A stretch of 64,000 nucleotides of DNA from Pseudomonas sp. (GCA_032105665.1 DAMCQE010000015.1:549-64548), one strand, 5' to 3'; positions 25,527-35,346 are shown, numbered from the stretch's first letter. The notes: a model not told the origin generated them from the letters alone. Made by a program: numbers and translations.

Positions 25527-27295
25527 TTGGCTTTCTCCAGATACAGCTTGGCCATACGAGGCGGCAATTGGTCGGTCGTGGCATCCAACGCACGGCTGGC
25601 GAACAGCAGCTGCGCTGCGCTAGACGAGGCGGGCAGTAGAGCGGCTTGTTCGCCTAGGTTCAGCTCAAGGCGCAGCTGACTGCCATCACCCAGCTGCCAG
25701 CGTGCAAGCACAGCGGCATCGCCCAGCACGCTGCAACCGAGGAAGGCGCTACCAGGCAGGCGTGGCACGATCTCGGCATGGCGGATCCTCAGCAGCTGGC
25801 GGTACAGCGCATGCCACTCGGCGTGCCCCGGTTGCGTCTGCGCAGCAAAATCCGGCCGCGACTGCTCGAACGTGGATACGGCGTTGGGATCGGGAATGCG
25901 CTCGCGGGTGGCTTCGTCGGCGAACTCGGAAAACTCGGCGAATTCGTTGCGGCGGCCTTCACGCACTGCATCGGCCAGCTCGCCGTGATGGCTGGTGAAG
26001 AACAGGAAGGGTTGTCGCGAGCCCCATTCCTCGCCCATGAACAGCAGCGGAACCATGGGGGAAAGCAGCAGGACGGCGGTGGCAGCCCTGAGCGCGTCGG
26101 CATCGGCCAGCGTAACCAAGCGATCGCCAAAGGCGCGGTTGCCGGTCTGGTCATGGTTCTGCAGGAACAGCACGAACGAGGTCGGTGACAGGTGCGCGCT
26201 GGGCTCGCCACGGGATTCGCCACGGCGGTTGTTCTGGCCCTGATAGACGAAGCCTTCGCCAAGAAAGCGCGCCAATTTGCTGGTCGCGTCCTGGTGATAG
26301 TCGGCGTAATAGCCCTGGCTTTCATCGGTGAGCAGCGCATGCAGCACATTGTGGCCGTCATCGTTCCACTGCGCTGTGAAGCCCTGGGTCAGCAGGCTGG
26401 AGCGATTGTCCTCGTTTTCCAGCACCAGATGCACATGCCGACCGGGTTCCACGGTGGCGTGCACGCGCTCGGCCAGTTCGGTGAGGAAGCTGCGGTCGGG
26501 AATGGCATGCACGGCATCGAAGCGCAGCCCGTCGAAGCGGTAGTCCATCAGCCACATCAGCGCGTTGTCGATGAAGAAGTCGCGGACTTCGCGGCGGCGG
26601 AAATCGATGCCATCGCCCCAGGGCGTCTGCTGGTCGTGGCGAAAGAAGTGTTTGGCGTAGCGGCCGAGGTAATTGCCGTCCGGGCCGAAGTGGTTGTAGA
26701 CCACATCGAGAAACACCATCAGGCCCAGACCGTGGGCGGTATCGATCAGATGCTTGAGCTCTTCCGGACTGCCATAGGCCGCTTCCGGCGCGTAGGGCAG
26801 AACGCCGTCGTAGCCCCAGTTGCGGTCGCCGGGAAACTCGGCGATCGGCATCAGTTCGATGGCCGTCACGCCGAGTTCGGCAAGCCCGGCGAGGTGCTTT
26901 TCCATCTCGGCGAAACCGCCATACAGACCGACATGGGTTTCGTACAGCACCGTCTCGTGCCAGGGACGACCGAGCCAGCTGCTGTTGCGCCACAGATAAT
27001 TGTTGTGGGTGTCGACCACCAGGCTCGGCGCATGCACGTCACCCGCCTGCGCCCGCGAGGCGGGGTCGGGGACATGCAGTTCGTCGTCGATGAGAAACCG
27101 GTAGAGCGTACCGGCCCCGTAAGGGGCATCGATGCTGTACCAGCCTTCTTCGGTGGCGGTCATCGGCAGCGTTTGTGCGCCTACAACGATCAGACTGACG
27201 TTTTGCGCATCGGGCGCCCAAAGTCGGAAGCGGGTGGTCCCGTCTTCCAACAACTCCGGCCCGTGATGCCCAATATGGGCACGCTGCTTCTGCAT
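25523..27295 (-). CDS. treZ: Malto-oligosyltrehalose trehalohydrolase
   Basis: Motifs FRLWAPDA, NWGYDG, GLRFDAVHAI and QNHDQTGNRA. Confidence 0.95.
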   Translation of the reverse strand: MQKQRAHIGHHGPELLEDGTTRFRLWAPDAQNVSLIVVGAQTLPMTATEEGWYSIDAPYGAGTLYRFLIDDELHVPDPASRAQAGDVHAPSLVVDTHNNYLWRNSSWLGRPWHETVLYETHVGLYGGFAEMEKHLAGLAELGVTAIELMPIAEFPGDRNWGYDGVLPYAPEAAYGSPEELKHLIDTAHGLGLMVFLDVVYNHFGPDGNYLGRYAKHFFRHDQQTPWGDGIDFRRREVRDFFIDNALMWLMDYRFDGLRFDAVHAIPDRSFLTELAERVHATVEPGRHVHLVLENEDNRSSLLTQGFTAQWNDDGHNVLHALLTDESQGYYADYHQDATSKLARFLGEGFVYQGQNNRRGESRGEPSAHLSPTSFVLFLQNHDQTGNRAFGDRLVTLADADALRAATAVLLLSPMVPLLFMGEEWGSRQPFLFFTSHHGELADAVREGRRNEFAEFSEFADEATRERIPDPNAVSTFEQSRPDFAAQTQPGHAEWHALYRQLLRIRHAEIVPRLPGSAFLGCSVLGDAAVLARWQLGDGSQLRLELNLGEQAALLPASSSAAQLLFASRALDATTDQLPPRMAKLYLEKAK

Positions 27296-27307
27296 TGAAC
27301 GACCTCT

Positions 27308-28861
27308 TCAGATTAAAAGACGAACCTCGCGGCGCTCTCCGAGCAATTGCCGGTACAGCGCGTCATAGGGCTCGATGGCGTGACGCCAGAAAAAGCCGGC
27401 CCCCATCGCCCGGCAACGCATGGCGGCCAGCAGCTGAGGATGCTGATGGATCGCCAGCGCCCGCTGGACGGCCTGCCGGTAGCTGCTGACATTGGATTCG
27501 TTGAACAGGAACCCGGTAATGCCGTCATCGATGGAGTCGGCCAGCCCGCCGGTGCGACGTGCGACTGGCAACGAGGCATAGCGTTGGGCATACATCTGGC
27601 TGAGGCCGCACGGCTCGTAGCGCGACGGCATCAGCAGAAAATCGCTGCCGGCGAACAGGCGGCGCGCATCGGTTTCGTTGAAGCCGATGTGGGCCGCGAC
27701 ACGGCCGGGGTACTGGGCCGCGAGCTGGCGAACCTGATGCTCGATCTGGTGATCGCCCTGGCCAAGGATGGCCAGCTGGCCGCCGCCTTCGACGATGGCA
27801 TGAGCCACGTCGAGGGTCAGGTCGACACCCTTCTGGTGCACCAGGCGCGACACCACAGCGAACAGCGGTGCACGGCACTGATCGAGACCGAACGATTCGC
27901 GGATATACGCGGCATTGGCCTCCTTGCCTTCCCAGTTGCGTGCGCTGAAGCCCCTCACCAGATAGGGATCGCTTTCCGGCTCCCAGCTTTCGTCGATGCC
28001 GTTGAGCAGTCCGCTGAGCAGACCCTGACGGGCTTTCATGCTGAGGAAGCCTTCCATGCCGCATCCGAACTCCGGCGTGGTGATTTCCTCGGCGTAGGTA
28101 GCGCTCACCGTGGTCACGCGGTTGGCATAGGCGATCCCGGCCTTGAGCAGGGACAGCTTGCCGTAGAACTCCATGCGCTCCGGGTCGCAGGCCTCGCCCG
28201 GAATGCCCAGCAGGCGCCGCTGCGCCATATCGATGTTGCCCTGGTAGGCGAGGTTATGAATGGTGAAGACGCTGGGCGTGTTCAACCCGCGCCAGTGCAT
28301 GTAGGCGGGCGCCAGACCGGCTGGCCAGTCGTGGGCGTGCACCAACTCGGGCGCCCAGCGGATGCAGGCGGTACCGGCGGCGATTTCCGCAGCGGCCAGT
28401 CCGAGGCGAGCGAAACGCACCGGATTGTCCGGCCAGTCGTTGCCATCGGCGTCACCGTATGGCGAGCCTTCGCGCTCATAGAGTTCCGGGCAGATCAGCA
28501 CATAGATGATCAGGCCGTCGGGCATGTCCATCCGGCCGACGCGGCAGCCGGGAATCTCGGCATAGCCGCCCAGCGAGCCGACCGTGCGGATGGCGTGACC
28601 GCTGTTGATTACCTGCGAATAGCCGGGGATCAGCACGCGCACATCGTGGCGTGCGCCCAATGCCCGGGGCAGTGCCGCCGACACGTCGGCGAGCCCGCCG
28701 GTCTTGACCAGATCTGTCAGCTCGGAGGTGACGAACAGGATCTTTCGTTTGTCATCGTGGCTACTACGAATCTGCAGGGCAGGGCGAGTAACCAGGGGTA
28801 CGGCGGGTTTCGCCTTCGGCAGTCCGACAGGCAGGGCGTTCACAGCGGCAATACTCATCAC
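27308..28861 (-). CDS. glgA: Glycogen synthase (GT5)
   Basis: Motifs KTGGLADV, HAHDW, FTIHNLAYQG and EPCGLSQMYA. Start is GTG 28861 or ATG 28858. Confidence 0.95.
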   Translation of the reverse strand: MMSIAAVNALPVGLPKAKPAVPLVTRPALQIRSSHDDKRKILFVTSELTDLVKTGGLADVSAALPRALGARHDVRVLIPGYSQVINSGHAIRTVGSLGGYAEIPGCRVGRMDMPDGLIIYVLICPELYEREGSPYGDADGNDWPDNPVRFARLGLAAAEIAAGTACIRWAPELVHAHDWPAGLAPAYMHWRGLNTPSVFTIHNLAYQGNIDMAQRRLLGIPGEACDPERMEFYGKLSLLKAGIAYANRVTTVSATYAEEITTPEFGCGMEGFLSMKARQGLLSGLLNGIDESWEPESDPYLVRGFSARNWEGKEANAAYIRESFGLDQCRAPLFAVVSRLVHQKGVDLTLDVAHAIVEGGGQLAILGQGDHQIEHQVRQLAAQYPGRVAAHIGFNETDARRLFAGSDFLLMPSRYEPCGLSQMYAQRYASLPVARRTGGLADSIDDGITGFLFNESNVSSYRQAVQRALAIHQHPQLLAAMRCRAMGAGFFWRHAIEPYDALYRQLLGERREVRLLI

Positions 28862-28911
28862 GATCTCCCCAGAGCCCCGGCGTTCCAGGTGCCGGCGCCA
28901 GCTACGAGCAT
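28858..28911 (-). CDS. Putative leader peptide (MLVAGAGTWNAGALGRS) coupled to glgA
   Basis: AGGAG RBS with ATG at 28911; 17 codons; the TGA stop overlaps the glgA start (GTGATG). Confidence 0.4.
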   Translation of the reverse strand: MLVAGAGTWNAGALGRS

Positions 28912-29024
28912 ATTTCTCCTATGCAACGATCTGATGACCGTCACATACCATGAACACGACCAGGCTGAAATCTAGTTCGGAGCTGCCGCGAAGGCAGGTA
29001 GGGCTTCACTGGCCCTACCAGAAA

Positions 29025-29051
29025 CCAGACCCGGCGTCGCGGTAGAAGTTC
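29025..29051 (-). promoter_or_regulatory. Putative AlgU/sigmaE promoter of the glgA-treZ-malQ-treY operon
   Basis: GAACTT-N16-TCTGG on the minus strand. Confidence 0.55.
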
Positions 29052-29079
29052 TTGAAAACCCGATCAACTACCGCTACCG

Positions 29080-29107
29080 GAACTCGCAACCAGCCAACTT
29101 GCTCCGA
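29080..29107 (+). promoter_or_regulatory. Putative AlgU/sigmaE promoter of the CinA-family gene
   Basis: GGAACTC-N17-TCCGA. Confidence 0.5.
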
Positions 29108-29155
29108 ATACAGAGTCGTGAAGGCGTTGAACCTGGAATGGTCGGAGCAAAAAAC

Positions 29156-29662
29156 ATGCAAGAGATCGAACGAGTCGTTGACTTTCTGCAACGCGAGGAA
29201 CTCACGCTGACCACCGCGGAGTCCTGCACCTGCGGTTTGATGGCTTCGCTGATGGGCGACATTCCGGGATGCGGCCAGGTGCTCGACAGCGGCTTCGTGG
29301 TCTATTCGCCCAAGGCAAAGAACCGCCTGCTCGGGGTGGACTTCGAAACCATCGAGAGATTCGGCCTGACCAGCGAGGAGGTCGCACGTGAGATGGCCAT
29401 TGGTGCGCTGAACGCCAGCGTCGCCACCCTCGCCGTGTCGAATACCGGCGTTGCGGACAATGATCAGGAGGATGAGGGCGGCACCCAGTGCTATGCCTAT
29501 GCACTGATGCGGGGCGAGCGACAGGTGGTTGTGAGCGAAACGGTGCAGTTTGAAGGCGACCGTATCGCGATCCGCAAGCAGGCCGCGCGCCACGGTCTCA
29601 CCCAGCTGCCAGCCAAATACGTCGAGTTGCTGAAGAAGTTTGAGGAACGCCAGGGTGATTAG
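29156..29662 (+). CDS. CinA/PncC family protein
   Basis: Motifs TAESCTCGL, YSPKAK, SEEVAREMAIGA and SNTGVA. Start placed at ATG 29156 after GGAG. Confidence 0.85.
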   Translation: MQEIERVVDFLQREELTLTTAESCTCGLMASLMGDIPGCGQVLDSGFVVYSPKAKNRLLGVDFETIERFGLTSEEVAREMAIGALNASVATLAVSNTGVADNDQEDEGGTQCYAYALMRGERQVVVSETVQFEGDRIAIRKQAARHGLTQLPAKYVELLKKFEERQGD

Positions 29663-30796
29663 TCACACCGGCGGCTGGCGCTCCGGTTCGACATGTTCGG
29701 GCTGCGATGTATCGACCCGCTGCTTGTGACCGACGCTGAGGTCTGCGCGCAGTTGCGGCAGTGAGTGCGGGTATTGCCGCTGGATGAAGCTCAGCAGGCT
29801 TTCGCGAATGTGGCAGCGCAGGTCCCAGTTGCGCGACGAATCCGGCGAACTCACCAAGGCGCGCAGCTGAATGGATTTCTCGCTGGTGTCGGTGACCTGC
29901 AGGACGCAGACCCGACCATCCCACAGCTCGGGGACTTCCTTGCACAGCCGGCGCAGCTCCTCGCGCAACGGCTCCAGTGGCAGCGAATAGTCGGCCCAGA
30001 GGAAAACCGTGCCGATCAGGCTGGAACCGCGACGGGTCCAGTTCTGAAACGGTTTCTCGATGAAGTGCTGCAACGGCACGATCAGCCGCCGGTCATCCCA
30101 GATCCGCACGACGACGTAGGTGCCGGTGATTTCCTCGATGCGACCCCATTCGTTCTCGACGATGACTACATCGTCCAGGCGGATCGGCTGGGTCATGGCG
30201 ATCTGCACGCCGGCGATGAGGTTGGCCAGCACCGGCCGCGCGGCAAAGCCCACCGCCAGGCCCGCAAGGCCTGCCGAGGCAAGCAGGCTGGCACCGAACT
30301 GGCGGGCACCGGGAAAGGTCATCAGCATGGCCGCCGCGCCGATCAGCAGCACAAAGAAGGTCAGGGTGCGTAGCAGCACACGTGATTGCGTCTGTATTTG
30401 CCGGGCGCGAAGGTTGTCGACCACATCCACCGGATTGCGCAGCTGAATGAACTGCTGCAGCCCACGCAGCGAGCGCATCACCAGCCACGTGAGGGTGGCG
30501 ATTATCAGCAGCGTGGTGACATGCCGTGCCGCGTCGATGAGATGCAGATCGTTCGGCGCAGACGTCCATACGCCCTGCACCCCTACCAGTGGCAACAGTA
30601 GCCGGACGGGCTTTTCCAGTTGCTCGGACAGCTCCCGGGTAAACAGGAAGGCTCGCGCCAGGCGCAGCGTCAGGGCGGTCAGCAGCCGGCCGAAGAGACT
30701 CAGGACCAACGCCACGAACAGCGCCGCGGCTATGGTGCGCAGTGCCGGCTGGCTGATGTAGTGATCCCACTGCAGGAGAAAGGCTGGAAATTCGAT
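29663..30796 (-). CDS. Small-conductance mechanosensitive channel (MscS family)
   Basis: Motifs SAGLAGLAVGFAA, NLIAGVQIA..QPIRLDD, GRIEEI and KPFQNW. The first canonical start is GTG 30715, but the frame stays open to a possible ATC start at 30796. Confidence 0.85.
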   Translation of the reverse strand: MEFPAFLLQWDHYISQPALRTIAAALFVALVLSLFGRLLTALTLRLARAFLFTRELSEQLEKPVRLLLPLVGVQGVWTSAPNDLHLIDAARHVTTLLIIATLTWLVMRSLRGLQQFIQLRNPVDVVDNLRARQIQTQSRVLLRTLTFFVLLIGAAAMLMTFPGARQFGASLLASAGLAGLAVGFAARPVLANLIAGVQIAMTQPIRLDDVVIVENEWGRIEEITGTYVVVRIWDDRRLIVPLQHFIEKPFQNWTRRGSSLIGTVFLWADYSLPLEPLREELRRLCKEVPELWDGRVCVLQVTDTSEKSIQLRALVSSPDSSRNWDLRCHIRESLLSFIQRQYPHSLPQLRADLSVGHKQRVDTSQPEHVEPERQPPV

Positions 30797-30829
30797 AGCG
30801 GGCGTTCCGGTTGGCCAGAGGTCTGGGGC

Positions 30830-30857
30830 AGAGACAGACAGCCGGCGGCGAAAGTTC
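30830..30857 (-). promoter_or_regulatory. Putative AlgU/sigmaE promoter of mscS
   Basis: GAACTT-N17-TCTCT on the minus strand. Confidence 0.45.
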
Positions 30858-30895
30858 AGGGCGCGCAGCCGGGAGGTGCGCCGGACGGGTGGGCG

Positions 30896-30922
30896 GAACT
30901 CCTATGGGCGGGATGTTTCACA
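30896..30922 (+). promoter_or_regulatory. Putative AlgU/sigmaE promoter of the ferritin-like gene
   Basis: GGAACTC-N16-TCACA. Confidence 0.45.
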
Positions 30923-30979
30923 AATTCCAAGCGGGTTGCAGAGCACGACCCGATTTTCTGACCCGAATGGAGTTGAACC

Positions 30980-31510
30980 ATGCAGAGTGCACAGACCGGC
31001 AATGACGTCCGTACCGAACGCCTGATCGAATGGCTGCGCGATGCGCACGCGATGGAGGCGCAGGCCGAAACCATGCTGAACAAGCAGGCCAGCCGCATCG
31101 AGCACTACCCCGAACTCAAGGCGCGGATCGAACAGCACATTACCGAAACCCAGAACCAGGCCAAGCTGATCGAAGGCTGCCTGCAGCGCTATGACAAGTC
31201 CTACTCCGGCCTCAAGGACCTGGGCGGCAAGATGATGGCGATGGGGCAGGCCATGGGCGGCATGATGGTCAATGATGAGATCGTCAAGGGCGCGCAGATG
31301 GGCTACGTGTTCGAGAACCTCGAGATCGCCTCCTACAAGATCCTCATCGCCGCCGCCGAAGCGGTCGGTGACATGCAGACCAAGGAAGTGTGCGAGCGCA
31401 TCCTGGTGGAGGAGGTGGCCATGGCCGACTGGCTACGCGACCACCTGGCCGAGCTGACCCAGGCCTATCTCACTCGTGCGGCCGAGCCGCATGTCGAGGC
31501 CAAGCGCTAA
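30980..31510 (+). CDS. yciE: Ferritin-like DUF892 stress protein (YciE-like)
   Basis: WLRDAHAMEAQAE, RIEHYPELKARIEQH and ENLEIASY. Confidence 0.8.
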   Translation: MQSAQTGNDVRTERLIEWLRDAHAMEAQAETMLNKQASRIEHYPELKARIEQHITETQNQAKLIEGCLQRYDKSYSGLKDLGGKMMAMGQAMGGMMVNDEIVKGAQMGYVFENLEIASYKILIAAAEAVGDMQTKEVCERILVEEVAMADWLRDHLAELTQAYLTRAAEPHVEAKR

Positions 31511-31615
31511 GCGACTACCCCGGGCGCCCGGCTGCCGCTGGCCGGGTGTATTACCCCTCCAACTTATTAGCCATGCCGTGACCACTCGCCGTCGCGCGCC
31601 TGGTGGAAGCTAGCA

Positions 31616-31900
31616 ATGAGACAACGCCCGCTACTCAAGACCTTGACCTTCGCTGTGCTGCATTTTGCGACAGCGTTCATCGTCGTCTATGCCCTCACCG
31701 GGAGCCTGGTGATCGGCGGGGCGGTCGCGCTGATCGAGCCGCTGTGCAACACCCTGGTGTTCTATCTGCATGAACGCGCCTGGCAACGCTTCGGTCGCCA
31801 GAAGGCCACTCGCAGTCACAGCTATGGACACGACGTATTCCTGAAATACATGGCGCGCGGCCAGACCGCCAGCAGCCGCATCGTCCGCACGCCACGCTGA
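31616..31900 (+). CDS. DUF2061 small membrane protein
   Basis: KTLTFAVLHF...IEPLCNTLVFYLHERAW. Confidence 0.75.
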   Translation: MRQRPLLKTLTFAVLHFATAFIVVYALTGSLVIGGAVALIEPLCNTLVFYLHERAWQRFGRQKATRSHSYGHDVFLKYMARGQTASSRIVRTPR

Positions 31901-31907
31901 GCGGGTC

Positions 31908-32183
31908 TCATTCGACGTGACTGAGCTGTTTGCCTTCGGCGGGGAGCGAGCTGCGCGTGACGCACATTTCAATGCGCAGCTCCTGCGCCAGACGCACCAG
32001 GTTGGCGGCATCGCGGCACTGATCGTAGGAAATGCCGAGAACGGTGAGTTCCTCGTCCGGCGGCTCCTGAAAGAGGCGCACGCGAAGTGAGTTGTCGGCA
32101 TCGTCGCGGCATTCGCACTGGAATGGGCGAAGGTAGGTGTGCAGGATCGCTTCGATCTTGAACAGCGGAAGACGCGTATTCAT
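31908..32183 (-). CDS. DUF1652-like protein
   Basis: Resembles small Pseudomonas DUF1652 proteins (PFQCEC..LTVLGI..LAQELR); GGAGG RBS. Confidence 0.6.
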   Translation of the reverse strand: MNTRLPLFKIEAILHTYLRPFQCECRDDADNSLRVRLFQEPPDEELTVLGISYDQCRDAANLVRLAQELRIEMCVTRSSLPAEGKQLSHVE

Positions 32184-32397
32184 AAATCCTCCCTATGTAG
32201 GAAGGTGACTTGAGCGCAGTAAAGCGGCCTCTGCGCACCTGGTTTTCCCGACGTCATTCAACCGTAGCAGTGCTTGTCCGGTTGTAAATGCGGCGATCTG
32301 TCCACCCGGCGGATTAAGTCCGGCAACTGCTCTACACGGCAGTTTCCGGCCAGTGCCGCTTGTCGGAACCCGTCGGACGGCTCGATCAGTCCCTGCT

Positions 32398-32425
32398 GAA
32401 CTTCATACCAGCAGGGGATGACCAA
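32398..32425 (+). promoter_or_regulatory. Putative AlgU/sigmaE promoter of the small secreted protein-ligD unit
   Basis: GAACTT-N17-ACCAA. Confidence 0.4.
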
Positions 32426-32458
32426 ATTAAGTACGTCGTCCTTAAGCGGAGAACCGAG

Positions 32459-32755
32459 ATGAAGAAAACGATGCTCACGGCAATCCTGAGCGCCATGGTT
32501 GCGCTACCGGCCATGGCCCAGTTTCCTGCTGGCACTCCGCGGGACGACACCGGCTCACGGCCGAGCCCCATGGGCAACCCGACGCCGCAGGAGGAAGTCG
32601 AAACCCGCCAGGACGATCAGGGACGCACCGTGACCGAAGATGGCCGGCTGGTGGCGCCGCAGCCGGGAAGCGAGGAAAAATCCACTGACCCGAACCGGCA
32701 TTCGACGCCCGGCGGGGCTGACGACAGTTCCACCGACGCTGGCAAGCTCGAGTAA
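32459..32755 (+). CDS. Small secreted, hydrophilic low-complexity protein
   Basis: Signal peptide MKKTMLTAILSAMVALPAMA followed by a D/E/P/G/T-rich mature part; GGAG RBS. Confidence 0.7.
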   Translation: MKKTMLTAILSAMVALPAMAQFPAGTPRDDTGSRPSPMGNPTPQEEVETRQDDQGRTVTEDGRLVAPQPGSEEKSTDPNRHSTPGGADDSSTDAGKLE

Positions 32756-32781
32756 TCGCGGGACATTGCCGGAGGTCAGCC

Positions 32782-35346
32782 ATGGCGCTCGACGAATACC
32801 AGCGCATGCGCGATTTTGCCGCCACGCCCGAGCCGTCGGGTAAGGCGCGCGGCAGGTCACGCAAGGTCCAGAGCCTGCAGTACTGCATCCAGAAGCACGA
32901 CGCCACACGGTTGCATTACGACTTTCGACTGGAGCTGGATGGCACGCTGAAGAGCTGGGCGATCCCCAAGGGCCCCAGCCTTGACCCGAGCGTGCGCCGG
33001 CTGGCAGTGCATGTGGAGGATCACCCGCTGGAATATGCCACGTTCGAGGGCTCCATTCCGGCCGGGCATTACGGCGCGGGCGATGTGATCGTCTGGGATC
33101 GCGGCGTGTGGATACCGCAGGGTGATCCGCAGGAGGGCTATCGCAAGGGCAAGCTCAAGTTCAACCTCGAGGGCGAAAAACTCGCCGGCAGCTGGAATCT
33201 GGTGCGCACGCACATGGATGGCAAGAAGGAGCAGTGGTTCCTCATCAAGTCCCGTGACGAGGCCGCGCGCGAGGAGGGTGAGTACGACGTCGTCACCGCC
33301 GAGCCGAACAGCGTGCTCAGCGATCGTACACTGGTCCCGCGCAAACGCGGAGCGGCCAAGGCTCGCGTTGCGGAAGCGCCGGCCAAGCCTGTCAAGGCGC
33401 CGGCAAGAAAGCGAGCGTCACGCAAGAAGAGCAACGCGGTAAAGCTGGAAGGAGCCGTCCCGGCCGAATTGCCGGAGACCTTCAAGCCGCAGCTGGCGAC
33501 GCTGGTGGACGCCGTGCCGAGCGGCGACTGGCGCTACGAGATCAAGTTCGACGGCTACCGCATGCTCGCCCGTATCGACGCCGGCAAGGTCGCGCTGTTC
33601 ACCCGCAACGGCCATGACTGGACGGCGAAGATGCCGCAGCAGGCGGCCGCGCTTGCCGGACTCGGGCTTGAATCCGGCTGGCTCGACGGCGAAGTGGTGG
33701 TGCCGAACGAGGAGGGCGCTCCGGACTTCCAGGCATTGCAGAACGCGTTCGAAGCCGGACGCAGTGGAAGCATTCTTTATTACCTGTTCGACGTGCCCTA
33801 TCTGAACGGCATGGACCTGCGGGATGTGCCGCTGGAACAGCGTCGCGCGGCGTTGCGTGAAGTGCTGGAAGGCAGCGACAGCGAATTGCTGCGTTTCTCC
33901 GAGGATTTCACCGAGCAGCCGGACAGCATTCTGGAAAGCGCCTGCCAGATGAAGCTCGAAGGCCTGATCGGCAAGCGAGCGGGCAGCTCCTATACCTCCA
34001 GGCGTAGCAGCAGCTGGGTCAAGATCAAGTGCAGCAACCGGCAGGAATTCATCATCGTCGGCTACACCGAGCCCAAGGGCACGCGCACCGGGTTCGGCGC
34101 GCTGTTACTTGGGCTGCATGACGACAGTGGAAAGCTGCTCTATGCAGGCAAGGTCGGCACGGGCTTCAATCAGGCCACGCTGAAAAGCCTGCACAAGCAG
34201 TTGAAGAAGCTGGAAGCCGACAAAAGCCCTTTGGCCAAGGCGGCACCTATTGCCGATGTGCGCGGCGCGCAATGGCTCAAACCCGAACTGATGTGCGAAG
34301 TTGCCTACGCGGAGATGACCCGCCAAGGCGTGGTCCGCCATTCGGTGTTCCATGGCCTGCGTTCGGACAAACCCGCCGACGCCATTACCCATGAACGAGC
34401 CAAGCCCGCCAGTCGTAGCAGCAAAGCCGGGCAGCGGCAGACAGACCCCATCGGCAGCGGGCGGATCAAGATATCCAGTCCCGAGCGGATCATCGACCCC
34501 AGCAGCGGGATCACCAAGATCGAAGTGGCCCGCTTCTACGCGCAGATCGCGCCCTGGGCCCTGCCGCAGCTGCGAGCGCGCCCGCTGGCCCTGGTGCGCG
34601 CCCCGGAGGGCATCACCGGCGAGCTGTTCTTCCAGAAGCACGCCGACAAACTGGCCATCCCGCACATCACTCAACTCGACCCGGCGCTAGACCCGAAGCA
34701 CGGTGCGTTACTGGTGATCGACAGCGCCGAAGCGCTGGTCGGCGCCGCGCAGATGGGCACCATCGAGCTGCACTGCTGGAACGCGGTAGCGCCCGAACTG
34801 GAGCATCCGGATCGCTTCGTGCTCGACCTCGACCCGGACCCGACGCTGCCCTGGAAGAGCATGCTCGAAGCCACTCAGCTGACCCAGACGCTGCTGGACG
34901 AGATCGGCCTGACCTCGTTCCTCAAGACCAGCGGGGGCAAAGGCATCCACATCGTCGTACCGCTCGATCCGGTACACGGCTGGAGTGAGGTGAAGGCCTT
35001 CAGTCAGGCCATCGCCAAGTACCTGGCAAAGCTGCTGCCGTCGCATTTTTCCGCCGTCAGCGGGCCGAAGAACCGGGTTGGGCGCATCTTCATCGACTAC
35101 CTGCGCAACAGCCGTGGCGCCAGCACCGTCGCCCCTTACTCGGTGCGTGCCCGCGAGGGCCTGCCGGTTTCCGTGCCGATCCACCGCGAAGAACTGGCGG
35201 ACCTCAAGGGCGCCAATCTCTGGACCGTACGCAACCTGCTGGAGCGCCTGCAGGAACTGGGCGACGACGATCCCTGGGCGGATATGACGCGGACCAGGCA
35301 GACCATCTCCGCGCAGATGCGCGAACGTCTGGGCATGCCGGCTTAA
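32782..35346 (+). CDS. ligD: DNA ligase D (phosphoesterase-ligase-polymerase)
   Basis: PE domain (QKHDATRLHYDFRLE), ligase (EIKFDGYR, EGLIGK, WVKIKC) and PolDom (DLDPD, KTSGGKGIH, DYLRN). Confidence 0.95.
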   Translation: MALDEYQRMRDFAATPEPSGKARGRSRKVQSLQYCIQKHDATRLHYDFRLELDGTLKSWAIPKGPSLDPSVRRLAVHVEDHPLEYATFEGSIPAGHYGAGDVIVWDRGVWIPQGDPQEGYRKGKLKFNLEGEKLAGSWNLVRTHMDGKKEQWFLIKSRDEAAREEGEYDVVTAEPNSVLSDRTLVPRKRGAAKARVAEAPAKPVKAPARKRASRKKSNAVKLEGAVPAELPETFKPQLATLVDAVPSGDWRYEIKFDGYRMLARIDAGKVALFTRNGHDWTAKMPQQAAALAGLGLESGWLDGEVVVPNEEGAPDFQALQNAFEAGRSGSILYYLFDVPYLNGMDLRDVPLEQRRAALREVLEGSDSELLRFSEDFTEQPDSILESACQMKLEGLIGKRAGSSYTSRRSSSWVKIKCSNRQEFIIVGYTEPKGTRTGFGALLLGLHDDSGKLLYAGKVGTGFNQATLKSLHKQLKKLEADKSPLAKAAPIADVRGAQWLKPELMCEVAYAEMTRQGVVRHSVFHGLRSDKPADAITHERAKPASRSSKAGQRQTDPIGSGRIKISSPERIIDPSSGITKIEVARFYAQIAPWALPQLRARPLALVRAPEGITGELFFQKHADKLAIPHITQLDPALDPKHGALLVIDSAEALVGAAQMGTIELHCWNAVAPELEHPDRFVLDLDPDPTLPWKSMLEATQLTQTLLDEIGLTSFLKTSGGKGIHIVVPLDPVHGWSEVKAFSQAIAKYLAKLLPSHFSAVSGPKNRVGRIFIDYLRNSRGASTVAPYSVRAREGLPVSVPIHREELADLKGANLWTVRNLLERLQELGDDDPWADMTRTRQTISAQMRERLGMPA

